Counted from the first letter of the stretch, positions 42,710-51,374 are shown. The stretch is DNA of 64,000 nucleotides from Candidatus Aegiribacteria sp. (GCA_021108435.1 JAIOQY010000184.1:10211-74210); one strand, 5' to 3'. Notes: generated from the sequence alone by a model not told the origin. Translations and numbers: made by a program.

Positions 42710-43540
42710 ATGGATATTTCCAAATACCTTTTACCGGAATCCTGCACAATCGAGCTTGCGGGAAAAACAAAAGAAGAAGTTGTCAGAAGCCTTGCTGAAC
42801 TTATTGAAACATCCCCAAGCGCTGCCGGAGTCGATCTGGAAAACATCGAGCAGGGCCTTCTGGAAAGAGAAAAAATGGGATCCACAGGTTTCGGCAAGGG
42901 AATCGCAATTCCCCACTGCAAGGTTACAGGCATGAAGGATTTTGTACTGGCTCTGGGTATTTCAAACAAGGGTGTGCCGTTCGATGCCATGGACAAAAGA
43001 AGTGTGCACGTATTCTGCGCTATAGTAGGCCCGCCTGAAGATCCGGAAATGCATCTGAGGCTCCTGGCGGCAGCCAGCAGAGTACTTGGAGCAGGTAAAT
43101 CCAGATACGAACTGTTAAGCAGTTCAACCTCGTATGCCCTCAGAGAAGCCTTCCTTTATCATGCTGCTCCGGCAACTGCCATTGATTCCTGTAAAGACAA
43201 AACCTTTAACCGGCTTATGCTGATAATTGTCCAGGAGGACGAGATCTACAATGATATTATCGAGCTCTTTCTGGAAATGGGTCTTCCAGGGGCCATAACC
43301 CATGAGGGAAATCTCATGAGTCAAATCCTTTCCGGAGCACCTGTTTTTGCGGGATTTCTTGACGTTCTCGGCAGTTCCCAGCCCGAACCCAGAACCATTC
43401 TTGCACTTGTTCCAGCCGATACCCTTGATGAAATGATAGCTTCAATCGAGGAAATTACCGGAGATTTGGAGAATCACAGGGGAGCCTGCATTATAGTACT
43501 GTCGCCTGACATAGTAAGAGGATCACTGGAAACAATATAA
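42710..43540 (+). CDS. PTS EIIA(Ntr)-type domain fused to a PII-like (beta-alpha-beta x2) C-terminal domain
   Basis: N-terminal LLPESCTIELAGKTKEEVVRSLAELI...GSTGFGKGIAIPHCKV (phospho-His context, His69 at 42914-42916). The C-terminal ~110 aa (RLMLIIVQEDEIYNDIIELFLEMGLPGAITHEGN...TILALVPADTLDEMIASIEEI...GACIIVLSPDIV) has a PII/ferredoxin-like pattern. The second assignment is by pattern only. Confidence 0.65.
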   Translation: MDISKYLLPESCTIELAGKTKEEVVRSLAELIETSPSAAGVDLENIEQGLLEREKMGSTGFGKGIAIPHCKVTGMKDFVLALGISNKGVPFDAMDKRSVHVFCAIVGPPEDPEMHLRLLAAASRVLGAGKSRYELLSSSTSYALREAFLYHAAPATAIDSCKDKTFNRLMLIIVQEDEIYNDIIELFLEMGLPGAITHEGNLMSQILSGAPVFAGFLDVLGSSQPEPRTILALVPADTLDEMIASIEEITGDLENHRGACIIVLSPDIVRGSLETI

Positions 43541-43572
43541 ATCCAGTTAATGAACTTATAAGGAGTGGAATC

Positions 43573-45021
43573 ATGGCCGATTTATCGCAAAAAATGGATG
43601 ACCTTTTCGGAAGAATACGGGAGAACAACCTGTGGAGACAGAGGAAATGCATTAATCTCATTCCCTCCGAAAATACACCCAGCCCTCTTGTCAAAATCTG
43701 CGAATTGTGCGATCCAGCAGGCAGATATGCCGAGCATAAAAGGATGAAGGGCAGGGATGTTTATTTCTATCACGGAACTGATTTCATCAGAAAAATAGAG
43801 GAAGAGGTCGGAGAAGCGATAAAGGAATATTTCCAGTGTTCGGAAGCTGAACTGAGAACCATTAGCGGACAGATGGCAAATGAAGTCATATTCGAGGGTG
43901 TAACCAAATTTGTGAACCGCTCCACTCCGGATGGCACATTCAGAAAGCTCCGCTCTGTTATGAACAATAATCTGGGTCTTGGAGGCCACCTGTCCAGCCA
44001 GCCTTTCGGAGCGCTCTTTAATTTCGTTGATATAGATCCTGGAACAGGCAAGGAGAACTGTGTCAACTTTCCCGTGATGGAAAGCAATCCATACAGGATC
44101 GACGTGCCGAAGATGCTGGAAACTGTGCGCAGGGTACGTCCGGAGCTTGTTATCTTCGGAAAAAGCATGTTCCTCTATCCCGAACCTGTCAAGGAACTGG
44201 CTGACGAAGTAGCCAATTGGGAGGACAGACCTGTCATAATGTACGACATGGCACATGTGCTCGGGATCTATGGAGCATTCCAGGCTCCGCTTATGGACGG
44301 CGCAGACGTTGTCACAGGATCCACCCACAAAACATTCTTCGGCCCACAGCGTGGTGTAGTGGTCAGCAACATGGCAAAGAAAACTCCACTGCGGAAACTC
44401 TGGCTTGATATCACGAGCAGAGCTTTCCCCGGCAGCACAAGCAACCATCATCTTGCCACTCTTCTGGGTCTTCTCGTTGCAACTATGGAGATGAACGAGT
44501 TCAAGGATGAGTACCAGAACAAAGTCCTGTCAAACGCAAGAGCCTTCGCGAAACACCTTGCGGATAACGGGCTTATGGTTGAGGGTGATCCTGCTGACGG
44601 GTACACACATACGCATCAGGTTGTTGTTCGTGTGGCGGAACACGGAGAAGGCTCCAAGATAGCAGACCGCCTTCAGGCCAATAACATCATAGTCAACTAC
44701 CAGGCACTTCCCGATGATGAAACGTTCCTTTATTCAAGCGGCATCCGGACAGGTGTATCCGAAATGACCAGGTACGGAATGAATGAAAACGATTTCGGTC
44801 AATTGGCTGAATTCATGGCAAGAATAATCCTGAAGAACGAGGATATTGCCGATGAAGTAGCCGATTTCAGGAAGAAATACACTGTGATGCGCTACACATT
44901 GCCGCTTGAAGAAAGCATCAGGCTTGCTTCGGGTGCCCTTGAATCAGCATTTCCGACCGGTGAATACGCAAAACTCTTCGCCGAAAACCTGAGAGATCTG
45001 GGGGCCGGGCCTAACATTTAA
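43573..45021 (+). CDS. glyA: serine hydroxymethyltransferase, divergent/archaeal-like, 482 aa
   Basis: INLIPSENTPSPLV, RYAEHKR..G...Y.G, GGHLS, DMAHVLG, and GSTHKTFFGPQRG (PLP-lysine block resembling archaeal STHKTFPGPQGG). AAGGAG SD. Confidence 0.8.
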   Translation: MADLSQKMDDLFGRIRENNLWRQRKCINLIPSENTPSPLVKICELCDPAGRYAEHKRMKGRDVYFYHGTDFIRKIEEEVGEAIKEYFQCSEAELRTISGQMANEVIFEGVTKFVNRSTPDGTFRKLRSVMNNNLGLGGHLSSQPFGALFNFVDIDPGTGKENCVNFPVMESNPYRIDVPKMLETVRRVRPELVIFGKSMFLYPEPVKELADEVANWEDRPVIMYDMAHVLGIYGAFQAPLMDGADVVTGSTHKTFFGPQRGVVVSNMAKKTPLRKLWLDITSRAFPGSTSNHHLATLLGLLVATMEMNEFKDEYQNKVLSNARAFAKHLADNGLMVEGDPADGYTHTHQVVVRVAEHGEGSKIADRLQANNIIVNYQALPDDETFLYSSGIRTGVSEMTRYGMNENDFGQLAEFMARIILKNEDIADEVADFRKKYTVMRYTLPLEESIRLASGALESAFPTGEYAKLFAENLRDLGAGPNI

Positions 45022-45028
45022 ACATTTC
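44999..45028 (+). repeat. left arm of perfect 30-bp inverted repeat
   Basis: TGGGGGCCGGGCCTAACATTTAAACATTTC. Its exact reverse complement is at 46011-46040. Contains the last 7 codons and the stop of glyA. Confidence 0.95.
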
Positions 45029-45160
45029 TGGTTTATCAGCGGCAATTGATGTTTTGATCCGATTCTGACATTGTCGCTGAACATCTAATGAGGGTACTTT
45101 TATTTAGTGCTTTTCTTTTCAACACTTGAAATGTATCTGATTTATGCGTACACTCATAAT

Positions 45161-46021
45161 ATGAGCAGGCAATTAAGAATCGAATACCCGGGAGCTTTGT
45201 ATCATGTTACCGCGCGTGGCAACAGTAAAGCTGCAATATTCATAAATGATGCTGACAGATACAAGTTTCTTGATACTCTGAAAAACTGCACCAAAGCATT
45301 CAACTACATCTGTCATGCATACTGTATCATGGACAATCATTACCACTTACTTATAGAAACTCCTGACGCAAATCTGTCAGCAGGAATACACAGGTTGAAC
45401 TCGATTTATGCCCAGTATTTCAATAAGCAATATGATCGCGTCGGTCATGTATTTCAGGGAAGATTTAAAGCAATTCTAGTACAAAGGGATGACTATCTTC
45501 TTGAACTGTGCAGATATCTAGTTCTTAATCCTGTAAGAGCTGGAATTGTGAAACACCCTGGAGAATACCAGTGGAGCAGTTTTTCTTCAACCATCGGCAA
45601 TACCAAATGGTGGGATTCTTTCCTTACAATAGAGTGGATTCTATCCCAGTTTGACAATGATATGTCACTTGCCCGCAAACGATACATAAACTTCGTTATG
45701 GATGGTATCAATGCTGATCCGCCGATGAAGGATATCAAGGCTGGTCTGATTCTGGGAGATAAAAGTTTTATAGAATCGCTAAGTAAAAGAATCAGTGAAT
45801 ACAGAGATGATACGGAGATTCCAAGGGAACTGAGATATGCATGCAGAGAGGATCTAAGCTCACTATTTAAAGATCTCGAATCTATGAATGAAGAAATAAG
45901 GAATAAAACGCTATTTGAAGCATATTCCAAGCATGGATACACTCAGAAAGAACTTGCGCAGTTCTTAAACAAACATATCGTAACAATCGGGAGAATCATC
46001 AAAAAGAGACGAAATGTTTAA
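45161..46021 (+). CDS. IS200-like/REP-associated (COG1943-type) Y1 HUH transposase with C-terminal HTH
   Basis: MSRQLRIEYPGALYHVTARG..., HUH motif DNHYHLLIET, YLVLNPVRAGIV (catalytic Tyr region), and a C-terminal HTH GYTQKELAQFLNKHIVTIGRIIKK. The ATG at 45161 is preferred over the track start at 45107. Confidence 0.85.
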   Translation: MSRQLRIEYPGALYHVTARGNSKAAIFINDADRYKFLDTLKNCTKAFNYICHAYCIMDNHYHLLIETPDANLSAGIHRLNSIYAQYFNKQYDRVGHVFQGRFKAILVQRDDYLLELCRYLVLNPVRAGIVKHPGEYQWSSFSSTIGNTKWWDSFLTIEWILSQFDNDMSLARKRYINFVMDGINADPPMKDIKAGLILGDKSFIESLSKRISEYRDDTEIPRELRYACREDLSSLFKDLESMNEEIRNKTLFEAYSKHGYTQKELAQFLNKHIVTIGRIIKKRRNV

Positions 46022-46040
46022 ATGTTAGGCCCGGCCCCCA
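46011..46040 (-). repeat. right arm of perfect 30-bp inverted repeat
   Basis: GAAATGTTTAAATGTTAGGCCCGGCCCCCA. Contains the transposase stop. The convergent pilus-operon gene stop starts 2 nt later (46042). Confidence 0.95.
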
Positions 46041-46041
46041 T

Positions 46042-47412
46042 TTAGAACAGGTTGTCTTCGATGCTCAGTTCGCCATAATCCCTGTCCTGCTGCCAGGACG
46101 ATACTACCCATCTGTCAAGATCCGGAAAATGAGGCGGATGCTTTGTCGTAAGTATCTCATTCCAGGCAATAGCAAGTTCATAACCTTTCCCGCCGATTCC
46201 GATTAAACCAACATCCTGAAGAATAAGGCCTCCATATATGGTAATCCTCACGTTCGGGTCCGGCATACCTGGGTCCTGTGCTCTGAGACGGCCATCAGGT
46301 GCAGCCAATACAGCACGGATCTGAAGATGCTGATCAGTTTCAATATTCCATGGATAAGGCCAGTCATCACCGCCTGAAAGATCAGGATCTTCTGCAATGA
46401 TTATGTCTGCCAGGGAAACGATTCCCAACGGTCCTGAATCATCAGAAGCGGGTTTCTGAATTGATCCGGCAATGTATATCTGTCCTGAACTTACCAGGGT
46501 GACCGCATGATCCGGACGTCCTGCAGTTTTAAGGTAAGCGTAACCGGCTATACACTGAATGTAGACCAAATCCTTTCCGACAAGGCTGACCGTATCCACG
46601 GGAGAATCTATTCCGCTCTTCAGAAGGAGCATGTTACCCTTAAGAATGATTCTCCCTGCACTGGTGATCATGGTTCCCTGCGAATGTGCCTCATTCTGCA
46701 GCTGCCTGAACCATTGAGACATAGAGTGGAAGTCTATGCTGTCAGCTTCAGTTACCCAGTGTGGACTTCCCCTGAGATGTCGGCGGTAGGGTCTGACCCA
46801 GATATTTGAATTCGCCGGATGGGGTACATCGGAGTAACCGGCATCGGAGAAGTAGAAATTCTCCAGGCTTGTGGATACTGCTGCCACATAAGGATCTTCA
46901 AACGAGTCGGGTGAAAGACTGGAAAACCCTATTAAACCGTTGGAATGAACCGGTCCGGTTATGAAGGTTCCATCATCGAAAAACCCGGGTGGAATCCTGT
47001 TATTCAGAAGAAGAGCATATCTCGAGGGGTAATCGGGTGAAGCCCGTATCACGATGTCTCTTGTTACGTTGCCGGATAATCCGGTACTCCTTATTTCGAC
47101 AGCGCCAATAACATTAGGATCTGTATTACCGTCATACGGATCAATTATGACCCGGGTTTTCTCGTTTCCCGCTGGAATACTTATCCAATTCGCACTATCA
47201 CCGGGAAGCAAATATGGGTCTGTTTCAATCGGCGCTCCGTTTCCGAGCGCAAGTTCATGCAGCGCGATATTCGCACCTGCTTCCGCTGCGGCTATTGCCC
47301 TGATTCTGCCGGATGTGTTCATGTACGAATCCATATTAGCTCTGAACAGAACGAATACGGCTGTAGAAAGAATGAACAGAACCAGGGCAAGTATCATCGT
47401 GATCGCCAGCAC
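46042..47412 (-). CDS. PilX_N-like membrane-anchored pilus-associated protein (paralog of 47471-48985)
   Basis: N-terminal hydrophobic anchor (GNKGAV)LAITMILALVLFILSTAVFVLF. Blocks shared with its neighbour: AEAGAN, IDP, F.(T/S)GP..SNG.I, GDDWPYPW/GADWGVPW, (K/R)HPP(H/Y)FP. Start uncertain (GTG at 47412; the frame is open further upstream). Confidence 0.65.
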   Translation of the reverse strand: MLAITMILALVLFILSTAVFVLFRANMDSYMNTSGRIRAIAAAEAGANIALHELALGNGAPIETDPYLLPGDSANWISIPAGNEKTRVIIDPYDGNTDPNVIGAVEIRSTGLSGNVTRDIVIRASPDYPSRYALLLNNRIPPGFFDDGTFITGPVHSNGLIGFSSLSPDSFEDPYVAAVSTSLENFYFSDAGYSDVPHPANSNIWVRPYRRHLRGSPHWVTEADSIDFHSMSQWFRQLQNEAHSQGTMITSAGRIILKGNMLLLKSGIDSPVDTVSLVGKDLVYIQCIAGYAYLKTAGRPDHAVTLVSSGQIYIAGSIQKPASDDSGPLGIVSLADIIIAEDPDLSGGDDWPYPWNIETDQHLQIRAVLAAPDGRLRAQDPGMPDPNVRITIYGGLILQDVGLIGIGGKGYELAIAWNEILTTKHPPHFPDLDRWVVSSWQQDRDYGELSIEDNLF

Positions 47413-47470
47413 GGCGCCTTTGTTACCGGCCAGACTGCATGGTATTCTTAAACAGTTCCTGATGTTCGAT

Positions 47471-48985
47471 TTAATATCTGTCCCATTCTATACTCTGCAG
47501 ATCCATATCAGGTATATTTTCCCAGTAGACAATTGACCACTGTCCTGTCTGGGGGAAATATGGTGGATGTCTGGTCATCAGCCTCGTATCGTAATCAATT
47601 ACTATATTATGTCCCGATGATGAAGTACTTGTATAGCCTTCAGCCTGGGCAAGATAGCCTCCAACTATATGAAAATCAACTGCGCCGCCGCTTGGCTGTG
47701 AGTAATTCTCAGCATAGAGAACTCCATCCAGGGCCATGAAGGTCGCAGAGAAATATATATAGCCATCAGTTGTCATTCTCCAGGGAACACCCCAGTCTGC
47801 GCCATCACCAGGATCCTCCGCGATAACAACGTCTCCATATACAGTAATAAGTCCAAGCATATCATCATTATGAGTATCCATGATATTAGGATCGATATAA
47901 TGATGATCGCCGGATACATACAGATGCCCGCTCATGCCTATCGTGAGGGGCATATCAATCCCCCGTTCCACAGCAGGCCATACGGCAGGATACTGCTTGA
48001 TGAAAATTATGTCGTTATTGCCGTTATCAATCCATACAACAGGTTCTGCTAATAAGGATAGATCGTAAGTGGTCTCTGGAACACCATTACCCGTTTTCAC
48101 ATGAAGAGTATGATTATCTATCATAAGCCTTGTACCGCTTGGAAGTTCACCGTGCGGTGAAGAGGCATCAAAGTAGAGACCGCCCGACTCCGCTTTATTC
48201 CTTGCCCTCTGCCAGTTTACTGAGCCCGAATTGAACGGTATCTGGTCAGCGTGCATATCGAAGTAAGGAGGACCCATCAGCATTCTATCGTACGGCTGTA
48301 TTTGAAGCCTATCTCTCTGCGGCACAACAGTCAGCCCCCCGGGCGTCTGGCTTGTTCCATAATAGTAGCCGTCGCCACCTGCTCTGGTCGCCAGCTCCAG
48401 ACTGTAGAAGTATGGATCAGTAGATGTGGAAGCATCACTACTCCAAATGTTTATCGGACCATTCGAGAAAAACGGTCCGCTGAAAATATAGCCGTCACCA
48501 TAATAGCCGCTTGAAAATCCATCATCCTGAAAGCAGGCGAACCGGGCAAAATTCTCCGGCATCATCTTGACTTCCATACCATAATAAAAGGAATTTTCTG
48601 CAGTTCCCACGCGACCGAGCACTCTGACTCCATAAGCATTTGCAGCTTCGATCTCGTCATTATCATTATCAGGGTCAATCCAGACAACTATTTCACCCAG
48701 GTCTCCGCCGATAAGATCGTACCAGCCTATTCCACTTGCAGGAAGTAACTGCCTTGGAAAAGAATCCTGCGGCATTTCAACGCCAGCCATAACCATATAT
48801 GCAGCAAGGTTGGCTCCCGCTTCTGCTGTATATCTGGCCTGAAGCAATTCTCCCTGCCATTCATAGGATGATATGTTTGCCTGGAACAATGTGTAGATCC
48901 CGCTGCCGATGATCATAAAAACCACCATTACAACCACAGTCATAACAAGCGCGGAACCGTTTTTCTTTCCTCTGTTGTTTTTCAT
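47471..48985 (-). CDS. PilX_N-like membrane-anchored pilus-associated protein
   Basis: MKNNRGKKNGSALVMTVVVMVVFMIIGSGIYTLF is a typical PilX N-terminus. AGGAGG lies 6 nt upstream of the ATG at 48985; the track start at 49051 overlaps the upstream gene. Confidence 0.7.
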   Translation of the reverse strand: MKNNRGKKNGSALVMTVVVMVVFMIIGSGIYTLFQANISSYEWQGELLQARYTAEAGANLAAYMVMAGVEMPQDSFPRQLLPASGIGWYDLIGGDLGEIVVWIDPDNDNDEIEAANAYGVRVLGRVGTAENSFYYGMEVKMMPENFARFACFQDDGFSSGYYGDGYIFSGPFFSNGPINIWSSDASTSTDPYFYSLELATRAGGDGYYYGTSQTPGGLTVVPQRDRLQIQPYDRMLMGPPYFDMHADQIPFNSGSVNWQRARNKAESGGLYFDASSPHGELPSGTRLMIDNHTLHVKTGNGVPETTYDLSLLAEPVVWIDNGNNDIIFIKQYPAVWPAVERGIDMPLTIGMSGHLYVSGDHHYIDPNIMDTHNDDMLGLITVYGDVVIAEDPGDGADWGVPWRMTTDGYIYFSATFMALDGVLYAENYSQPSGGAVDFHIVGGYLAQAEGYTSTSSSGHNIVIDYDTRLMTRHPPYFPQTGQWSIVYWENIPDMDLQSIEWDRY

Positions 48986-48998
48986 ATTCATCCTCCTG

Positions 48999-51356
48999 CT
49001 AGATATTATCTCCATAAACCTGGACATTATCAAGGTTCCAACCACCACCAACGAAAGCTAGATTAGAGCAAAGAACATATTTGAGAAAGAAGTACGCACT
49101 TGTGGAATAGTTATCGAATTCATGGCTGATGTCAGTATTAGCATAACTCCATTCATCCTCATCCTGGATATATGTTCTTATCAGCTGCCAGTCGCCTGAA
49201 ATGGAATCGGGAGGAGTTTCCGTATCGGAGAATCCCACATAGACATATCCTTCATCTGCCGTCGCAATCCTCAGACACATGTAGTGTCTGAGTGTTATTT
49301 TGTTGTATGTACCTGCTGCAGGCATTTCATAGGCAGGTGAAACCAGCCATGAATAAGCATTGTCTTCGTAGTATCCATCGTAGATTCCCGGTGGATCAAC
49401 AATTCCGAGATCTGTTCCGGCTATTGAATTACCATTCTCAGTGGTTAGGTCTGGATCGATATCCGGTACAAATACCGGCTCACCGAACTGCCAGTCGTTT
49501 TTCTTTCCGCCTGTTATCCAGTCATCCACAGGGAAAAGATCAGGCGTATATATTCCTTCAAAGTCGGAATACTCGAACATCGTATATACAGGTACTTCTT
49601 CCTCGCTATCCGATTTTTCAATCATCTCAAGAGTTCCATGAACAGTGGTGTTAAGCCTTACAACAGGAAGGATGCTGTTTCTTGTAAGGCTAACGGGATC
49701 ACTACCGTTATTGAAATTATTCCGACACTGATAATCTGTTCCGGTATCAATGCATCCCCATTCAAAAGATCCTGAAATATCATTATCGTATTTTTCTATC
49801 TTTATCATGAGATTCTCACCGGCAGGAAGCGTGAAGGGGACATCGAGAACAATTTCATTCCAGCAGCTGCTGTCCGCCTCCCATGTAGCTGTCCAGTTAA
49901 CATCCACAGCGACATGCTGCATGGTTGTCTTGTCCCATTCGCCATCGGCACCAAAAACGTCATCGCTCGTCGTGCCCATATAAACATCTACATCATCGTA
50001 TGTAAATGTATCATCAAATGTAGGACAGAAAGTCGCTTCGAATTCAATTGATGTAATTTCTAATTCAGGGAAGTCTTCTTCTGTTCTTTCAAAATCCTCA
50101 AGCGGCATGATAGGGTCACCGATTTCCTCTTCCGGGTACCAGGCCCCCCATTCTACCGTGTTGCTGAACAGCAGCCATCCGTCGCTGGTGTATTTTGTCG
50201 CTTCCCACGGGGAATAGTGAACCCTGCGGGATTGAGCGTCGCCATTCTCCTGGTAGCAGACTCCGGAGTAATCGTCAGCAATACCCTCTTTTGTCAGAAA
50301 GAAAGTTCCAGCATCGAAAGTGTACAGAATCGAATGCTCTGCCGCTTCGGAATATATGGTGAACAACGGGTCCGGGAGATCGTTATTTACATGATGTAAA
50401 GCTTCTATAACCGTCATATCTGTTCCCGTTGTGACTCCGAAATCAGAACCCATTAGAAATGTTCCTGAAGCTTCCTGTCCATTCATTGTAATTATGGGTA
50501 CTTTGAGATTTATCAGGAAATCAGTACATGTATGAACATCTGCCTCCATATATCTGAGGATAAGCAGGTTAATATTCGAGTAATCATAACTCTCCAGATC
50601 AGGATCAGTCAGTAATGTTACTGTATAGCCCCATAAGCTCAATCTGTTTATCATAAAGACTTCATCAGCTGTAGGCGCCGGTCCTCCGGATAAGCCCGGA
50701 ACATTGAAGGCAATATTTCCCTTGATTTCCGGCCATCCGCCAAAACTCGGATCGATATTATGGCTTATCCCCAGATTACGAGGTGTTACCGTTGTAAACA
50801 TCACTGTTGAATACACATTACCGGCGTATTCCGATTCAAGCTCAATTCTTATCTGAATATGCCTGATCTGATCCCGCTTTTCCTCTGTAGTAAGTGTATC
50901 AAGCATCACTCCATCTTCATCAAGATAAGTAAATGAGAGATTTGTTACATTGCTGCCTACGGTTTGTGAAAATGCAGCAGTGCGGTCTGTTATCTGAACC
51001 TGTCCCGATAAGAGGAGTTTGATTCTTCTGTAGTCTGAATCATCCAGAATCTCCCATGGTTTATAATCAGCATAGAACTCAAGCTCATTGATGGTTGCCA
51101 GTGTTATCGGATGCCATTCATCATCATCCCATACCGGATTGGGCATATAACCAGCCCAGATAACTGTATTTGTTATAGCTTCAAGAATTTGCCTTGCGGC
51201 GATATCCAGCTCATTCTGTCTGCGGGAGAAGTGGAATTCAGTAGTACCCCTTGTCAGAAGAAGAAATACTGCTCCCAGCACCACTCCGAGAATCACGAGT
51301 ACTATCGTAATCTCGACAAGCGTCATTCCTATCCTGCTTTTTTTAAGCCAATTCAT
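48999..51356 (-). CDS. giant (785 aa) PilW/GspJ-like pseudopilin with ~580-aa C-terminal adhesin-like extension
   Basis: Prepilin-type N-terminus MNWLKKSRIG/MTLVEITIVLVILG (Gly-1, Glu+5). The first ~200 aa look like a minor pilin (…NLSFTYLDEDG…IRHIQIRIELES…VTPRNL). The remainder is Trp/Asp/Tyr-rich beta modules ending …GGGWNLDNVQVYG (jelly-roll/lectin-like by pattern). Confidence 0.75.
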   Translation of the reverse strand: MNWLKKSRIGMTLVEITIVLVILGVVLGAVFLLLTRGTTEFHFSRRQNELDIAARQILEAITNTVIWAGYMPNPVWDDDEWHPITLATINELEFYADYKPWEILDDSDYRRIKLLLSGQVQITDRTAAFSQTVGSNVTNLSFTYLDEDGVMLDTLTTEEKRDQIRHIQIRIELESEYAGNVYSTVMFTTVTPRNLGISHNIDPSFGGWPEIKGNIAFNVPGLSGGPAPTADEVFMINRLSLWGYTVTLLTDPDLESYDYSNINLLILRYMEADVHTCTDFLINLKVPIITMNGQEASGTFLMGSDFGVTTGTDMTVIEALHHVNNDLPDPLFTIYSEAAEHSILYTFDAGTFFLTKEGIADDYSGVCYQENGDAQSRRVHYSPWEATKYTSDGWLLFSNTVEWGAWYPEEEIGDPIMPLEDFERTEEDFPELEITSIEFEATFCPTFDDTFTYDDVDVYMGTTSDDVFGADGEWDKTTMQHVAVDVNWTATWEADSSCWNEIVLDVPFTLPAGENLMIKIEKYDNDISGSFEWGCIDTGTDYQCRNNFNNGSDPVSLTRNSILPVVRLNTTVHGTLEMIEKSDSEEEVPVYTMFEYSDFEGIYTPDLFPVDDWITGGKKNDWQFGEPVFVPDIDPDLTTENGNSIAGTDLGIVDPPGIYDGYYEDNAYSWLVSPAYEMPAAGTYNKITLRHYMCLRIATADEGYVYVGFSDTETPPDSISGDWQLIRTYIQDEDEWSYANTDISHEFDNYSTSAYFFLKYVLCSNLAFVGGGWNLDNVQVYGDNI

Positions 51357-51374
51357 TGCAATCCTCCTTCTCTC

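Larger units (their letters stand above)
44999..46040. mobile_element. RAYT/IS200-like Y1 transposase unit bounded by 30-bp inverted repeats
   Basis: A single intact HUH/Y1 transposase gene between perfect inverted repeats, inserted exactly between two convergent genes. Confidence 0.7.

Noticed and set aside
43582-44451. 289-aa minus-strand ORF inside glyA
   Set aside because: It is fully antisense to a gene with strong SHMT motifs and has no SD or motifs. The same reasoning applies to other long antisense ORFs (29624-30328 in lpxC/fabZ, 35675-36226 in clpC, 22231-22758, 58407-58937, 9305-9736, 24087-24500).
47412-47480. Possible +1 frameshift fusing the two PilX-like paralogs (the downstream frame is open across the upstream stop TAT TAA A)
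   Set aside because: The downstream frame has a TAG a few codons upstream of the junction. The site has no slippery or SD context like prfB, and each paralog has its own N-terminal anchor.
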